A DNA stretch of 64,000 bases from Lama guanicoe (taxonomy: Eukaryota), in the NCBI GenBank assembly GCA_013239625.1, contig MU053881.1:16174373-16238372 (forward strand). The letters are read 5' to 3'. Below are positions 24,329 through 36,459 of the stretch, one piece after another. Position numbers and translations under genes: made by a program. Position 1 is the first letter of the stretch, and each line of letters opens with the position of its first letter. The notes beneath the pieces are model-generated. The model was not told the DNA's origin. It ran no database searches and saw nothing but the letters and a program-made list of their open reading frames with translations.

Positions 24329-24670
24329 AGATAGGCAGAGAAATAGATGAATAAATAGATACATTCGTGGAATCATTAGTTGATACATTGATAGGTGATG
24401 GATTGATAGAGGCATGAATGGATGGATAGATAGATAGATTCACAGATAGATTCATCAGTAGATAAATTGATGGATGGGTCAGTGGATGGGTGGATGGATG
24501 GATAGAGTCACGAATGGATGGATTGATAGATAAATAAATTCACAGATAGAATCATCAGTATATAGATGGATGGATGGATGGATAGATTCGTAGACGAATC
24601 ATCAATGGATAAATTGGTCGGTGGATGGACAGAGTCATGGATGGATGGATAGATAGATGATAGATGGGAA
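24329..24670. repeat. (GGAT/AGAT)n degenerate microsatellite
   Basis: Seen directly. Confidence 0.9.
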
Positions 24671-24717
24671 GGCAGGCAGACAGCAAGTCAGACAGGGTCT
24701 TTCTCATTCTAAGTCAC

Positions 24718-24897
24718 TTTCTCACCCTCAGCACTCCTCATGTTTGGGCCGGATTTTTCTGCCATTGTGCACTGTAGGGTGTTGAATAGCATCCCTGCCC
24801 CCACCTACTAGATGCTGTTAACACCCCCACGTTGTGACAACCAAAATTACCCAGAGTCCCCTGGGGAGCATCATGGCCCTGGCTGAGGACCACTGAC
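24718..24897 (-). mobile_element. MER20-like element
   Basis: tgtgcactgtagggtgttgaatagcatccctg...ctagatgc...tgtgacaaccaaaa...gaggaccactg. Confidence 0.7.
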
Positions 24898-25129
24898 CTG
24901 AATGGTGCTTTGGACATCATTGTGTACCTACGTCCTCTTGGGTTTATCTTTCCTTCCAGGTGAAGTAGTAGAGGATGTGAGTATCCATGGAGCACTTGCC
25001 TTGGGCCAGCCCCGGCTTGGCACCTCCTCGTGCTACATCCCATGAACCCCCGGGGCAGCCTGGCGCATTGGTGGTCCCTTTGTGGGATGCTGAGTTTTCA
25101 TGTCTCTCCCCACCTTTGACTTGTCTTAG

Positions 25130-25302
25130 AGCCCCCTCCAGCCCCAGCAGCCGAGGTCAGTGTGTGCGTGACCTCTCTCCGGCTGGCCGTGACCCCCAGC
25201 ATGGTCCCCCTCGGCCGCCTGCTGGTCTTCTACGTCAGGGAGAATGGAGAAGGGGTGGCTGACAGCCTCCAGTTTGCTGTTGAGACCTTCTTTGAAAACA
25301 AG
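25130..25302 (+). CDS. CPAMD8: CPAMD8 local exon 12
   Basis: cttag|(E)[16 protein letters not shown]...[29 protein letters not shown]|gtagcg; 173 nt, phase 1 to 0. Confidence 0.93.
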
Positions 25303-25913
25303 GTAGCGCATCGGGAATCAGAGCAGGAGGGAGGGTGGACGGGCAAGCACCATCGAGGCTGGGGGCTCCAGGGTGCCCAGGCTGGCACGGGCTGTGCACT
25401 GCTGTAAGTCAGACTCCACATGCTGTAACAGGCAGGACTTGTAAGGGCCGCCCTACCTTCAGGAATAATTGGAACCTAAGTTGCATCTTCACTGGAGATC
25501 CTCTAGAAGTCACCCAAATGGGAATTGCATTCATCTCACACAGGGAAAGCGGTCAGCTGTTCTCTGTCCTTGCTGGGCTCCAGACCTAAGGGACACTGCT
25601 GACGTCCCCAGCAGTGGGGCTCAGCCTCCCACGCCCTCCCCCTGCACCCTCCAAAACTGGCTGCAACATGTCCTCTGCTGCCACCCGTCTCCCCATCTCT
25701 CCCTCCCCTCTCATCTTCTGCACGGAGTGTTCCAGTTGCACCAGCCTATTTCCTGTTACTTTGCCTCCCACCCTTGTCCTCACCTGGACACCAAGGCCAG
25801 GGTCCCAGCTGAGCTGGCAAGGACCGACTGTCCTCGGAAGGCGGGGAGGTGGGTGGGTGGGTCTGGAGAATTTAGCCAGGCTCCCAATCTCTCTGTTATA
25901 TATTTGGGTCCAG

Positions 25914-26063
25914 GTTTCACTGACATATTCAGCAAATGAGACCCAACCTGGGGAAGTCATTGACCTGCGGGTCAGGGCTGCAAGGGGCAGCTGCGTGTGT
26001 GTCGCTGCGGTTGACAAGAGCATCTACCTGCTCAGATCTGGCTTTCGGCTGACTCCCGCCCAG
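25914..26063 (+). CDS. CPAMD8: CPAMD8 local exon 13 (MG6)
   Basis: tccag|[14 protein letters not shown]...[20 protein letters not shown]|gtgagc; 150 nt, phase 0 to 0. Confidence 0.95.
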
Positions 26064-26460
26064 GTGAGCAGGGGCCCTTGGGCGCTGGGGTCCAGCATCT
26101 ATCTGGAGGCCTTTTCCTTTACAATAACTGAAAAGCCCCATGTAAATCCAGATTCTCTCCCTCCATTGGGCTTATTCTCAGTGAACTCCATCCTTGTCGC
26201 TGCTTTGGTGCAGTTGAAAGATCTCTTGTTATCAAACCCATCAGACCCTTGCAAGGTGATGTTGTCCAGGTCCCACCTCTCCCTTCCCCAGTCTGCCCAT
26301 CTTTGAAATGGGTTAATGCCCCTGATGCCCATCTCCTAAGATTGGCTCCAAATGATAGACATGAAGGGAGGTTGAGATGAGAGCATGCCAGACCCACAAC
26401 GGCCAGTTTGGGTTGAAAAGAAACCCTCAGTTGAACATCCCTGCTCCCCTTTGCCTGTAG

Positions 26461-26622
26461 GTTTTCCGAGAATTGGAGGATTATGATGTTTCCGATGCCT
26501 TTGGGGTGTCCAGGGAAGATGGACCCTTCTGGTGGGCTGGGCTGACAGCCCGACGACGCCGGCGCTCCTCCATCTTCCCATGGCCGTGGGGCGTCACCAA
26601 GGACTCCGGGTTTGCCTTCGCC
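26461..26622 (+). CDS. CPAMD8: CPAMD8 local exon 14 (poly-Arg processing site)
   Basis: tgtag|[12 protein letters not shown]...[26 protein letters not shown]|gtaagg; 162 nt, phase 0 to 0. Confidence 0.95.
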
Positions 26623-27325
26623 GTAAGGAGAGATGGTCTTGGACCCTGCTGCGCCCTTCTGAGCATTTCTTATTTTGAAACAAGGGGTCTTGGGGTACAG
26701 AGATGGGTCAGAGGGGAAGTTTTCAAACTTCAGTGCTGCAGAAGTCTTTTTCGATTCTCCCCAATGAAAGCTCATGGAGGACCCTCTGGATTTGCAAAAC
26801 AGAGGAGAGCAGAAGGAGTGTCCACTGATAACTTGAACTTCTGCAGCAATGACTTTGAAGGTGCTTTGCCGGAAGGAAAATCCCCATATTGGGTGCAGAT
26901 GGCTGTGTTCTCAGGTGGCAGCCTCACCCTTGCTGACATACCTCACATCCGTCCCCTTCCTTCCTGGCTCCAGGGGTCAGGGGGACGCCAGGGGTGGGGA
27001 CAACATACCACAAGCATCATTCTAGCCCACATCAACATGCTGGTGGTCTCCACTCGAATGCATGTCCCCTCTGAGGGCGCTTTTCACCTCAGTTTCAAAA
27101 TAATTTAAAAGGCATCCTTTTCCTCCCATTTTGATTATGGAATATTTTCAAACATAGAGAAAAGTTGAACAAATTAGCGAACATCTGTAGATCCACCACC
27201 TGGATCCCACAATTAACATTTTGCTGTGTCAAATATTTATACACACACGCATATATGTAATAACAGTAGTAATTTGCAGCTCACAGTCGTTGGCCCTTGA
27301 TCTGAATTAGGCACTGCACCAGTTG

Positions 27326-27420
27326 ATTTTTTTTTTTTTTTTGATGGAGGTGCTGGGGATTGAACCCAGGACCTCACTCATGCTAAGCACGCACTTTACC
27401 ACTGAGCTATACCCTGCCCC
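27326..27420 (-). mobile_element. tRNA-Ala-derived SINE at the tail of an L1 3' UTR fragment (27422-27710)
   Basis: poly-T + gatggaggtgctggggattgaacccagg...gagctataccc. Confidence 0.88.
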
Positions 27421-27945
27421 CGATTTTTTTTGATTGATATGAGAGTCACATAACAGAGAGTTAACCCATTTCAACGTGAACAATTTAGTGGCATTTAGTA
27501 CATTCACAGTGTTGTGCAAACCAGCACCTCTATCTAGTTCCAGAATATTCTCATCACCCCAAAGGGAGAACCTGTTCCCTTTAGCAGTCACTCCCCATTC
27601 TCCTCCCCCAGCCCCTGGCAACCACTAATCTGCTTTCTGTATCTGTGGATATGCCTATTTGGGACATTTCATATAAATGGAATCGTACAAGATGTAGTCT
27701 TTTGTGCCTAGACCACAAATGGACTGGCCTCCCCCTCTGCCTGCCCTGGATGGGCACTGGGTCCCCTGATCCCCTAAGCCCTCGTCACCAAGCCTGGAGC
27801 AGAGGACTGATTCCCCGAGGCCTACACAGCAGCAGTGTTGGGCCAGTGACCTTCGGGTGATAAGGACTGTTATTCCTTCCTGTTTGCCTCTGGGACCACC
27901 ACATCCGCTTCCCCACTGTGGGTCTGGGTGTTGTCTGTTGCCCAG

Positions 27946-28088
27946 GAAACAGGACTGGTGGTGATGACAGACCTGGTGAGCCTGAACCACCGGCAGGATG
28001 GTGGCCTGTACACCGATGAGGCTGTCCCCGCCTTCCAGCCCCACACAGGGAGCCTGATGGCAGCGGCACCTTCCAGACAACCCCCCAG
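27946..28088 (+). CDS. CPAMD8: CPAMD8 local exon 15 (bait-like region)
   Basis: cccag|[47 protein letters not shown]|gtaatt; 143 nt, phase 0 to 2. Confidence 0.93.
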
Positions 28089-28111
28089 GTAATTGCTGCT
28101 GCCTTTTGAGT

Positions 28112-28308
28112 AAGGTTGTTTTACCTCCACACTGTTGGCATTCGGAGCTGGTTTATTTCCTGTGGTTGGGCCATCCCATGCATTGTAGGGTGTTGAGTGG
28201 CATCCCTGGTCTCCACCGACCAGATGCCAAGAAGACCCCTTCCCCCCAGCTGTGACAACCAAAAATGTCTGCAGACATTGCCCAGTGTCCCTTGGGGCCA
28301 GAGTCACC
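28112..28308 (-). mobile_element. MER20-like element
   Basis: cattgtagggtgttgagtggcatccctggtctcc...ccagatgcca...tgtgacaaccaaaaatgtctgcagacattgcc. Confidence 0.8.
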
Positions 28309-30866
28309 ACTGGCCTGCTGGGTGGGGGCACTGAGCACTTTGGCCCTGCTCCCCCCAGTTCTTGGCCCCACCCAAATGCACAGGGATGAGAGTGCAGAAG
28401 AGAGAGGAGAGTGAGCAGATCTACCTGGGGACAGAGGAATTGGGGGCGGGGTGGGAAACTGGAGCTTGATCTTCTCACTCCCAGAGACTCTGCCTAGAAA
28501 ATTCTGTTACCCTTTCTCCTTCCTCCCACCATTCTTTCCTTCCTTCTCTTCCTCTCTCTTCTCCCTGTCTCTCCAACACTTTACCTTTTGGAGTTAGACA
28601 CCAAGTAACTACTTTTCAGTCTTTCTTATTTTAACTCAAACATTTAAGCCTTTTGAAGGTTGTACATTTCCCTCAGAGTGCTACTTTGGCTGCACCCAAG
28701 TTGTGCTGTGAAGTGTTTCCATTATTGCTCAGTCCCAAATAGGTTCTGACTTGTGGAACAATTACCTTCTTGAGCTGTGGCTTGCCCAGACGTGTTTTAC
28801 ATTTTCAAGTTATTTTAAAATGATTTTTAAAAATGTGTTTTGTAAATTTGTGTCAAATGTGCATCGTGGCCAATGAACATGGTTTGTATGATATCCATTG
28901 TCTGGTTTTTATTTTGGAGCCTGACTATATGGTCAGTTTTTATAAATATTTATGTCTACTTGAAAAGAATGCCCCAGTGCCCATCATTGGATATAGAAGT
29001 CTCTGTGTGTACTTTTGGTCAAGCTTTTGATGGTGGTGCTCCAGCCCTCCATGTTCTTGCTAGTTTTTGCTTGTTTGTTTGCTAACTTTTCAATTAATGA
29101 GAGAGAGAGGAGTTCACATATCTCTCTTAGATTTGTAGCTTCGTCCCCTGGAGTCAAGGAAATCTTTGTTTCACAGGAGGTAATTTTTCTTCCTCTCTTC
29201 CTTTGTCCCTTTGTGTCTGCTCCCCGATCACTCACCTCTCTTCCTTCCCATCCCCTTCATTCTCTGCCTCTCCCACTAGCTCCTCAACTTCAAGTCTTAG
29301 CCAACCAGGGAAGGGGGAGGGTGTTTTGAAGATCTTGCCTCCTTACTGTCTCAGGGTTTAGGGCTATATAGGCTGGGAAAGGAGAGGCAGGCATTGGATG
29401 TAAGGTCTCTTGCCAAATCCTCCAGTGGGAGGCACAGAACAAGTGGGCCAGGGATGAGGTCAGTGTGGTCAGCAGTGCCTCAGCATCTGGGCCTCTCTGG
29501 AGACCTTGAGGGTGGCACCCAGACTCCACAGCCCTTGTTCTGAGCCAGAGGGTCTCCTGCCCTAGTGGGCCTGTCCATGAAAACCTTCTTCTTTCAAGTC
29601 CTCTCTGCCAGATTGGGAGCCTTCCCAATCCCCCCAGCTCTTTCTGCAGTGGTTTCTGGGTACCTGGATCCATCTGGGATACACATTTGGCAGAAATGGG
29701 TCCTAGTTTCCAAACTCCAAATCAGGGCATGGGCACACCAGGCTCCCTTTGTGGTACTTTGGATGCACATGAAGACATTTCCAAGATGTAGTTGGGTGAG
29801 GGGGGTGGAATACTGGCCCCTGTCTCTCAGCCAGACACCACCCTGGGAGCCCTGCTCCTCCCATGCTCATGCCTTCTGAGAGTTTCACCTGGAGTAGGTA
29901 TGCAGCCCTTAAACCCCATACCACAAAGGCAGTTGGAAATCCCAATGCAGGAAGGCAGAATAAATGCCTAAAAAGCAAGTGTTCATGCCTTTTTGTAATT
30001 GAATAATGCATCCTTTTTCTGAAGTCAAGATATTTTTCTTAACCATAGGCATGTGGTTAAAATTTTTTTTCAAACAGTATTAAAGTGTATATAATGAAGT
30101 GGAAGTTTCCCTCCCATCTCAAGATCCTCTGTTCCCTTTTCAGAGGCAGTAATGGTCAATAATTCCTTAGATATCCTTCTAAAATTTTTCTTTATATACA
30201 CAAGGATTTTAAAAAAAACAGGGGAATACTATAATATTGCTCTATACCTTCCTTGTTTAAGTCAACAATAAGTCTTAGAGACCATTCCATATCAGTATGT
30301 ATATGCATACCTTACTCTTCTTTTTCACTGATGTGTAATATTCCACTGAGTGAGTGTACTGTCATTTGATTAACCTGATGCCCTATTGATGGAGATTTTG
30401 GTTGTTTATTAATTCTCACAGTGCTGTGGTGAATCATGCCCTCTGTCTGTCTTTGCACATGTGTCTGTGGTTAATTTCAGGGTTCATTCCTAGGAGAGGT
30501 ATCTCCCAGGTGCAAGGGATGTGAGCATTTTTAATTTTGAGAAGTTTTGCTAAATTTCAAGTAGGGCTTAATTTTTTTTCTTTTTAAAGAATAGGACAGT
30601 CCTGGAGGAAGGTGGGCTATGAGGCTTCTGAGGATGAACCAAGAATGAAAGGCACTCTTTAGAAACAGAGGAAGGGAGTTGGGGGAAAGGTGATGTGATG
30701 ATGTGGAAAAACATGGCAAGCCCAGGGAGGGAAATTAACAAAGGGGAGGACATGGGGTGGTCCCGGTGGCCCCCTCTTACCTTCTAAATTCAGGATCTGA
30801 GGCACCACTGTCAGTTTAAGGAGACTGTGCCAAGCCTTTGATGCCTTGCTTTTACTAATCCTCATC

Positions 30867-31050
30867 AAGTAGAATGTTAACCTTGCCAGGTGAAAGAATT
30901 AATACGTTATGTCCTAATTGAGTAGAACGCTAACCTTTCCAGGTAAGAGAATTAAAACGTGTAGAATGTTAACCTACTGTGTAAGAGAATTAACACGTAT
31001 ATCCTAATCAAGTAGACTGCTAATCTGCCTGGTAACAGAAGTTACGTTCA
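30867..31050. repeat. Degenerate minisatellite, 4 units of about 40-53 bp (GTAGAATGTTAACCT...GTAAGAGAATTAA.ACGT)
   Basis: Units begin near 30869, 30922, 30961 and 31012. Confidence 0.8.
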
Positions 31051-31064
31051 TGAAACTTTAGTCA

Positions 31065-31290
<226 letters not shown>

Positions 31291-31298
31291 ATTTGCAG

Positions 31299-31361
31299 AG
31301 CAGAGAAGAGGAAAAGGACCTTTTTCCCTGAAACATGGATTTGGCATTGTCTCAACATCAG
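31299..31361 (+). CDS. CPAMD8: CPAMD8 local exon 16 (FPETW motif)
   Basis: ttgcag|(R)[20 protein letters not shown]|gtacag; 63 nt, phase 2 to 2. Confidence 0.93.
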
Positions 31362-32149
31362 GTACAGTAAGATTTCTTTCCTTCCTTGCCTTTGTGGGCT
31401 GACTCACCAGTACTCATGAAAGTCCAGATTGTTCCCAGTGGGTTTGCCTGGAGATCTGACACCAACATCTGAGTAAGACCTCAGGCATCCTTTTCTAACG
31501 CATAAAACTCAAAGCTATGAAGTCAGCTTCAAATCCCACTGCAGCCCCGGACATCTGCCCATGAAATATGAAATTCAAGGGCTCTGTGCCTCTTACAACT
31601 CTCTCTTGGGGTAACTCGATCTGGTCTGTTTACATAACGAGCTCATTAAAACGATTACAGTTCCCTGGAACATGAACTCAGTTCCACCCACCCACCCTCC
31701 TCCTTGCTCCTCAGGGGACTCGAGCTCCTGCCCGCAAAGCAGGCTGCTTTTCTCAGTACATTTCCTTTCTACATTGTTTTCTCTTTTCAGTTAGCCTTGA
31801 GGCAGCAGCTCTGTGCCAAATTCTTGCCAGATGCAATTGGCTTTTTTCTTTCAAGGCTTGGTGTCAGAACACCAGGGGGACTAGTAGAAGGTAGTGGTGG
31901 CTGCCCTGGGAAACCAGTTAGGCATGAAAGTTCAGACCCCTGGGGCCAGCAGGTGGGCCAGTGGGTGGACTCGGCCCAAGACGTCACAGTGTTCTTGGAC
32001 AGAGAGATTCCCATAGCGCTCGCTTGAGTGGGGAGCCTTCAACCAAGTAGCCGGTTGGGACAGCTCCTGCACCCGATTGGGCCAAAGGGTCTTTTTTTGG
32101 GTTGTTGTTAGAAATTTATGTATTTTATTTTATATCAAAGGCAACTTTT

Positions 32150-32255
32150 CTAGTTTTTCTTTTCTTGTTTTCTTCCTTAATGGAGGCACTGGGGATTGAA
32201 CCCAGGACCTCATGCGTGCCAAGCACGTGCTCTACCACTGAGCTACCCTCTCCCC
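32150..32255 (-). mobile_element. tRNA-Ala-derived SINE
   Basis: aatggaggcactggggattgaacccagg...ctaccactgagctaccc. Confidence 0.85.
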
Positions 32256-32536
32256 AGGGGTCTTTTATTGGAAGGTTCTGCTGCCATTATCTCCATTCCA
32301 GTGGTGCCAGTCACCTTCTCTTACGGGCTTTTTGCTCCCGTGGAGCTCAGCCCTAAAACAGAAACTTCGGTGGGAGAAACAGAACAAAGAAAGAGATACT
32401 GGGATATGTCCTTGGGATGGATGCCACGGTTGTCAGACACAACACATCCTGTTCTAGGACCATGTCCTTGGAACCAAGGAGCCAGCTGCGGGATAGGAGA
32501 AAACATCCTGTTTTTCAAACAGCCTGGCGTTTTCTT

Positions 32537-32684
32537 CCCCAGTACCTCCATTAAAGATAAATTTAAGAACCTAATTACCAACCAGCAACCAAATAAATAA
32601 ATAAATAAATAAAGGGAGTGGGGACTGAAGCCAGGACCGCGTGCATGCTAAGCACGTGCTCTACCTCTGAGCTCTACCCTCCCC
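32537..32684. mobile_element. SINE 3' half on + (32537-32613) joined to a SINE head on - (32614-32684)
   Basis: cccagtacctccattaa...(aaat)n then ggggactgaagccaggacc...gagctctaccctcccc. Confidence 0.75.
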
Positions 32685-32874
32685 ACTTCTTGAATGTTTC
32701 TTGAGCAGCGCTGTCCCATAGAAATATAATGTGTGCCACATACGTCATTTCAGAGAAACAGATGGAGTTCATCTGAATCGGATTTTTTATTTAACCAAAC
32801 ACAGATCGAGAATATTATTGTTTCAATACATGATCAATATAAAAATATTGATGAGACATTTTATTTTATTGGTA

Positions 32875-33210
32875 CTGTATTAGTTGCCGGTGGCTGCAGT
32901 CACGACCATAAAGTAGTGGGGGGGGCTTAAAACAACAGAAAGAGGAGGACCTTCCTCGCCTACTTCAGCTTCTGGGGGCTCCAGGGCTTGTGGGCACATC
33001 GCCCCAGTCCCTGCCTCCATCTTCGCCTGGCCTCCTTCTCTCTGTGTCTGAATTTCCCTCTTCTTATGAGGACACCTGTCATTGGACTACCCCAATATGA
33101 TTTCATCTTAGCTAATTACATCTGCAAAGACCCTATTTCCAAACAAGGTCACATTAACGGGTCACCGGGCATTAGGACTTGGACATACCTTTCTGGAGAC
33201 ACAGTCATCA
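32875..33210 (-). mobile_element. MLT1-type MaLR LTR
   Basis: tgtattagtt...ggcttaaaacaacagaaa...tacatctgcaaagaccctatttccaaacaaggtcacatt. Confidence 0.75.
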
Positions 33211-33533
33211 GTGACCAGCCCCCTCAATTCAGTGTCTTTCTCCTCTGACCTGGGCAGAGCACACACTGTCAAAATTTACCTCTCTGAACCCATGTTTTGG
33301 GTGGTTCTGTGTTCACAGTGGTCCTAAGAGATGCTCATATTTTTGATTATGGTAAGTCAGGGCCAAGGGATGACTTTCTCCTGTCCCGCGCTGTATGGTG
33401 TCTTAAATGCTTATTTCCAAGCTGTATGTGTGGAGGGGGCATCTCTCTGGGCCCAAGGCAATGTCCTCCATCCCCACCTGGCCACTGCAGTATGGCCCTG
33501 GAGAAGGGCCCACGCTTGTCCATTTTTCTGCAG

Positions 33534-33765
33534 TGACCCATCCGGCGAGGAGACACTCAGCGTGCAGGTCCCCGACTCCATCACCAGCTGGGTGGGTGAA
33601 GCAGTGGGTCTGTCCGCCGAGAGGGGCCTGGGCATCGCCGAGCCCACTCTGCTGAAGACCTTCAAGCCCTTCTTTGTAGATTTCACCCTGCCTCACCACG
33701 TGGTCCGCGGGGAGCAGGCCAAGGTCCCACTCAACGTCTACAACTACATGGACGCCTGTGCCGAG
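33534..33765 (+). CDS. CPAMD8: CPAMD8 local exon 17 (A2M domain, MG6/MG7)
   Basis: ctgcag|(S)[19 protein letters not shown]...[11 protein letters not shown]...[10 protein letters not shown]|gtaccg; 232 nt, phase 2 to 0. Confidence 0.95.
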
Positions 33766-34087
33766 GTACCGAACTCGCCCTCCGTATACAGCCTTTCCCC
33801 GTTCCCTGGGGAAGACGCCAGTGCCCAGGACGGGGAGTCTGCCTGCGCTTAACCTGTTGCTCTAGTGCTTCTAACTCGGCTTTCTTGGGCACACGTTCCT
33901 GTGGCCAGTGCTGGGTTGATGATTTTACCTGCGTCATTATCAAGTGCCCACAAGAGCCAAGGAAGGGGAGGCTGTGATGGAATTTTCCCACATGGGAAAC
34001 TCAGAGAAGCATTGTCATATGTTTGAGGTCCCATACAGAGTGAGTGACCTGTGTTAGAATTAGATGTCTATAGGGTAAGGGGGGCTG

Positions 34088-34200
34088 GAAGGGCAGGTAT
34101 AGCTCAGTGGTAGAGCACATGCTTAGCATGCACAGGTCCTGGGTGCAATCCCCAGTGCCTCCATTAAAAAAAAATAAGGTGAAAAAGAAAAAAGAATTAG
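34088..34200 (+). mobile_element. tRNA-Ala-derived SINE
   Basis: ggtatagctcagtggtagagcacatgcttagcatgcac...ccccagtgcctccatt + poly-A. Confidence 0.88.
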
Positions 34201-35304
34201 GTGTCTACAGGGAGCCAGGGAAACCCTGGGAAGGGGGCAGCTTCTCTGAACTTGAGTCTTGAGGCGATGTTTGAACTGGACACTAGACCTGGAAGGGTGT
34301 TCTTGGAGAGGGAACAGCACGCATAGGTGACAGAACCAAGAGGCAGCTTGATCGGTCCCAGGAACTGCCTGTAACACAATCTGGCTTGGCTTCAGGGTCT
34401 GGCTAGGAAAGCTGGAGAATAGGAGAGGGTTTGTGGAGTAGTCTGAGTGACAGCCACTGTGGCGGGAACTATGGCAGTGGCCACTGGGCAGCCTGGAGGG
34501 GACCAAGGAGGACATGTGAGGGGCAAGCTCAGGACATTAGCCAGGAGCAGTGCCCCAAATCCCAGAACCTTTATCATCCATCCATTTTGTGTAGTTCATA
34601 AAACTGGGAGCAATAAGATCCCACTTTCAAAAAGCCAGAATAAGTGTAGACCTGGTCCCTAATCACAGGATGGCCCCTGAGGGAGGGTCCCTCCTGAATC
34701 TGCAGGCAGGACCCCCAGGTCCCCATTTCAGCTCTGAACACGCGCTGGTGGCTGGCTTCTCACGCGAGAAGAAGGCAGCCCTTTTGGGCAGCAGGTGTGT
34801 CTAGGGATGGCCACGTGCCAGTTTTAGGAACATCTCTGCCCCATGTGCCCACCCCAAGGTTCCAGGAAAACAGGCCTATCCAGACCCCTCCACATGGACA
34901 GCTGGTTCCGCTCAGGACCCGGAAAATGTGTCTCACTGACACGACGCTTGAGTTTCTTCTTTCCTCCCTAAAAGAACTTTCTGGAAGAATGCTGTCTTTA
35001 GGGGGATGGAGAAGCCCCGGATGCAGCCTGCACCAGCCGTTCTCACTGGAGTCTGGCTGGGCCTGCCCTTGGACAGGATTCAGATACTCCGTCACTCTTG
35101 CCACTGTAGGTCTTCCTTGTACACACTTATGTGTGTGTTTGATTTAGGTGTGTTGACCCTCTGAGGCCCAGGGATCACTCATGTCTTGTTCAGATCTGTT
35201 TCTTTAGCTCCTAACAGGGCACTGGAACCCATTAGGTGCTTCATATGCGGGTTGGACAAATGAAAATGTGGAGCAAAGAACCTATTGTAGATTAAGGGTA
35301 TAAA

Positions 35305-35500
35305 GCACACCTGCACACACACACGCACACAGAGACACAGCATGCACATGCACGCACTTGTACACAGCTGTGCTCACACATGTGTGCAGAGACACTAGCC
35401 TTCACATGTGTGCCAATGCCATGCCTGCACACATGCACATAGGTGTGCATATAGAGATGCATGTGTGCACAGGACACACATGCACACACATGTGCACACA
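35305..35500. repeat. CA/CATG-rich low-complexity tract
   Basis: Seen directly. Confidence 0.8.
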
Positions 35501-35851
35501 AAGCTCTGTTGTGACACGGTGGACCTCACTGGTTGGAGAGGGTCAGAGGAAGTGCTCTGCGGGGCCTGCATGTGGAGTGGTCCCTCCTATTCCAGACGGG
35601 GCTGGAGAGACAGCCCTTGAATCGACCTTGGTCCCAAGGGGGACCTGTGAGGATGCAGTGGGCTGAGGGAAGGAAGGGGTTCCCGGGACAACAATGAGTA
35701 GTTTGTACTGATCAGAAATGGAAAGGGGGCCTCCCAAGGACTGTGGCTTTGGGGGAAGGCTGCCAGGGTGGGCGGAGTGCAGCGGGCGGTGGGGTGTGCT
35801 GGGAGGGCTCACAGATTCCAGGGCATCGTGGACACTTGCCACCCTCCCCAG

Positions 35852-36005
35852 GTGTACGTGAAGATCTCAGTTCCCAAGGGCATCCGATTTGTCGGCCATC
35901 CTGGCAAACGCCATCTGACTAAGAAGACGTGTGTGGCCCCTGGGGAGACCGAGCCCACCTGGGTGGTTCTGTCTTTCAGCGACCTGGGGCTCAGCAACAT
36001 CACAG
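35852..36005 (+). CDS. CPAMD8: CPAMD8 local exon 18
   Basis: cccag|[20 protein letters not shown]...SDLGLSNIT|gtgaga; 154 nt, phase 0 to 1. Confidence 0.95.
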
Positions 36006-36328
36006 GTGAGAGCCACGTGCTGCTTCCAGCATCTCCCCTCTCCAGGCCACCCAGGGCTCCAGGCACTGAAGCCAGGCACAGGTGAGGGGTCAGTGGGGCA
36101 GAAGGCGAGGTTGAGGAATGGGACAGCCACTGGGGAAACAGTTGAGAGGGAATGATCAGGAGGTAGGGGGCTTCATCTGAGGGAAACTGGGCTCTTAAGG
36201 TGCCAAACCAGTGTTGTACACATGTGCACGCGTATGTGTGCATGCACACCTGGGACAAGGGTGGGAACAGAATAGTGCTGGGGGGAACCTGTTCTGAGAG
36301 TCAGCACTGAGTACTCAAATCTCCACAG

Positions 36329-36459
36329 CCAAAGCCCTGGCTTACAGAGAAACTAGCTGCTGCCGGGATGGGAAGTCCGTCAGATCCCCAGAGGAGAATT
36401 ACACCGACAGAAGGGTCCCCATCGGGAGGGATCACGTCCAGCGCAGTGTGGTGGTGGAG
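36329..36459 (+). CDS. CPAMD8: CPAMD8 local exon 19
   Basis: cacag|(A)[16 protein letters not shown]...[17 protein letters not shown]|gtaagc; 131 nt, phase 1 to 0. Confidence 0.93.

Noticed and set aside
30867..31050. Repeat-spacer-like pattern suggestive of CRISPR (also 51770-51947)
   Set aside because: Units are contiguous and degenerate with no unique spacers, there are no cas genes, and the context is a mammalian intron
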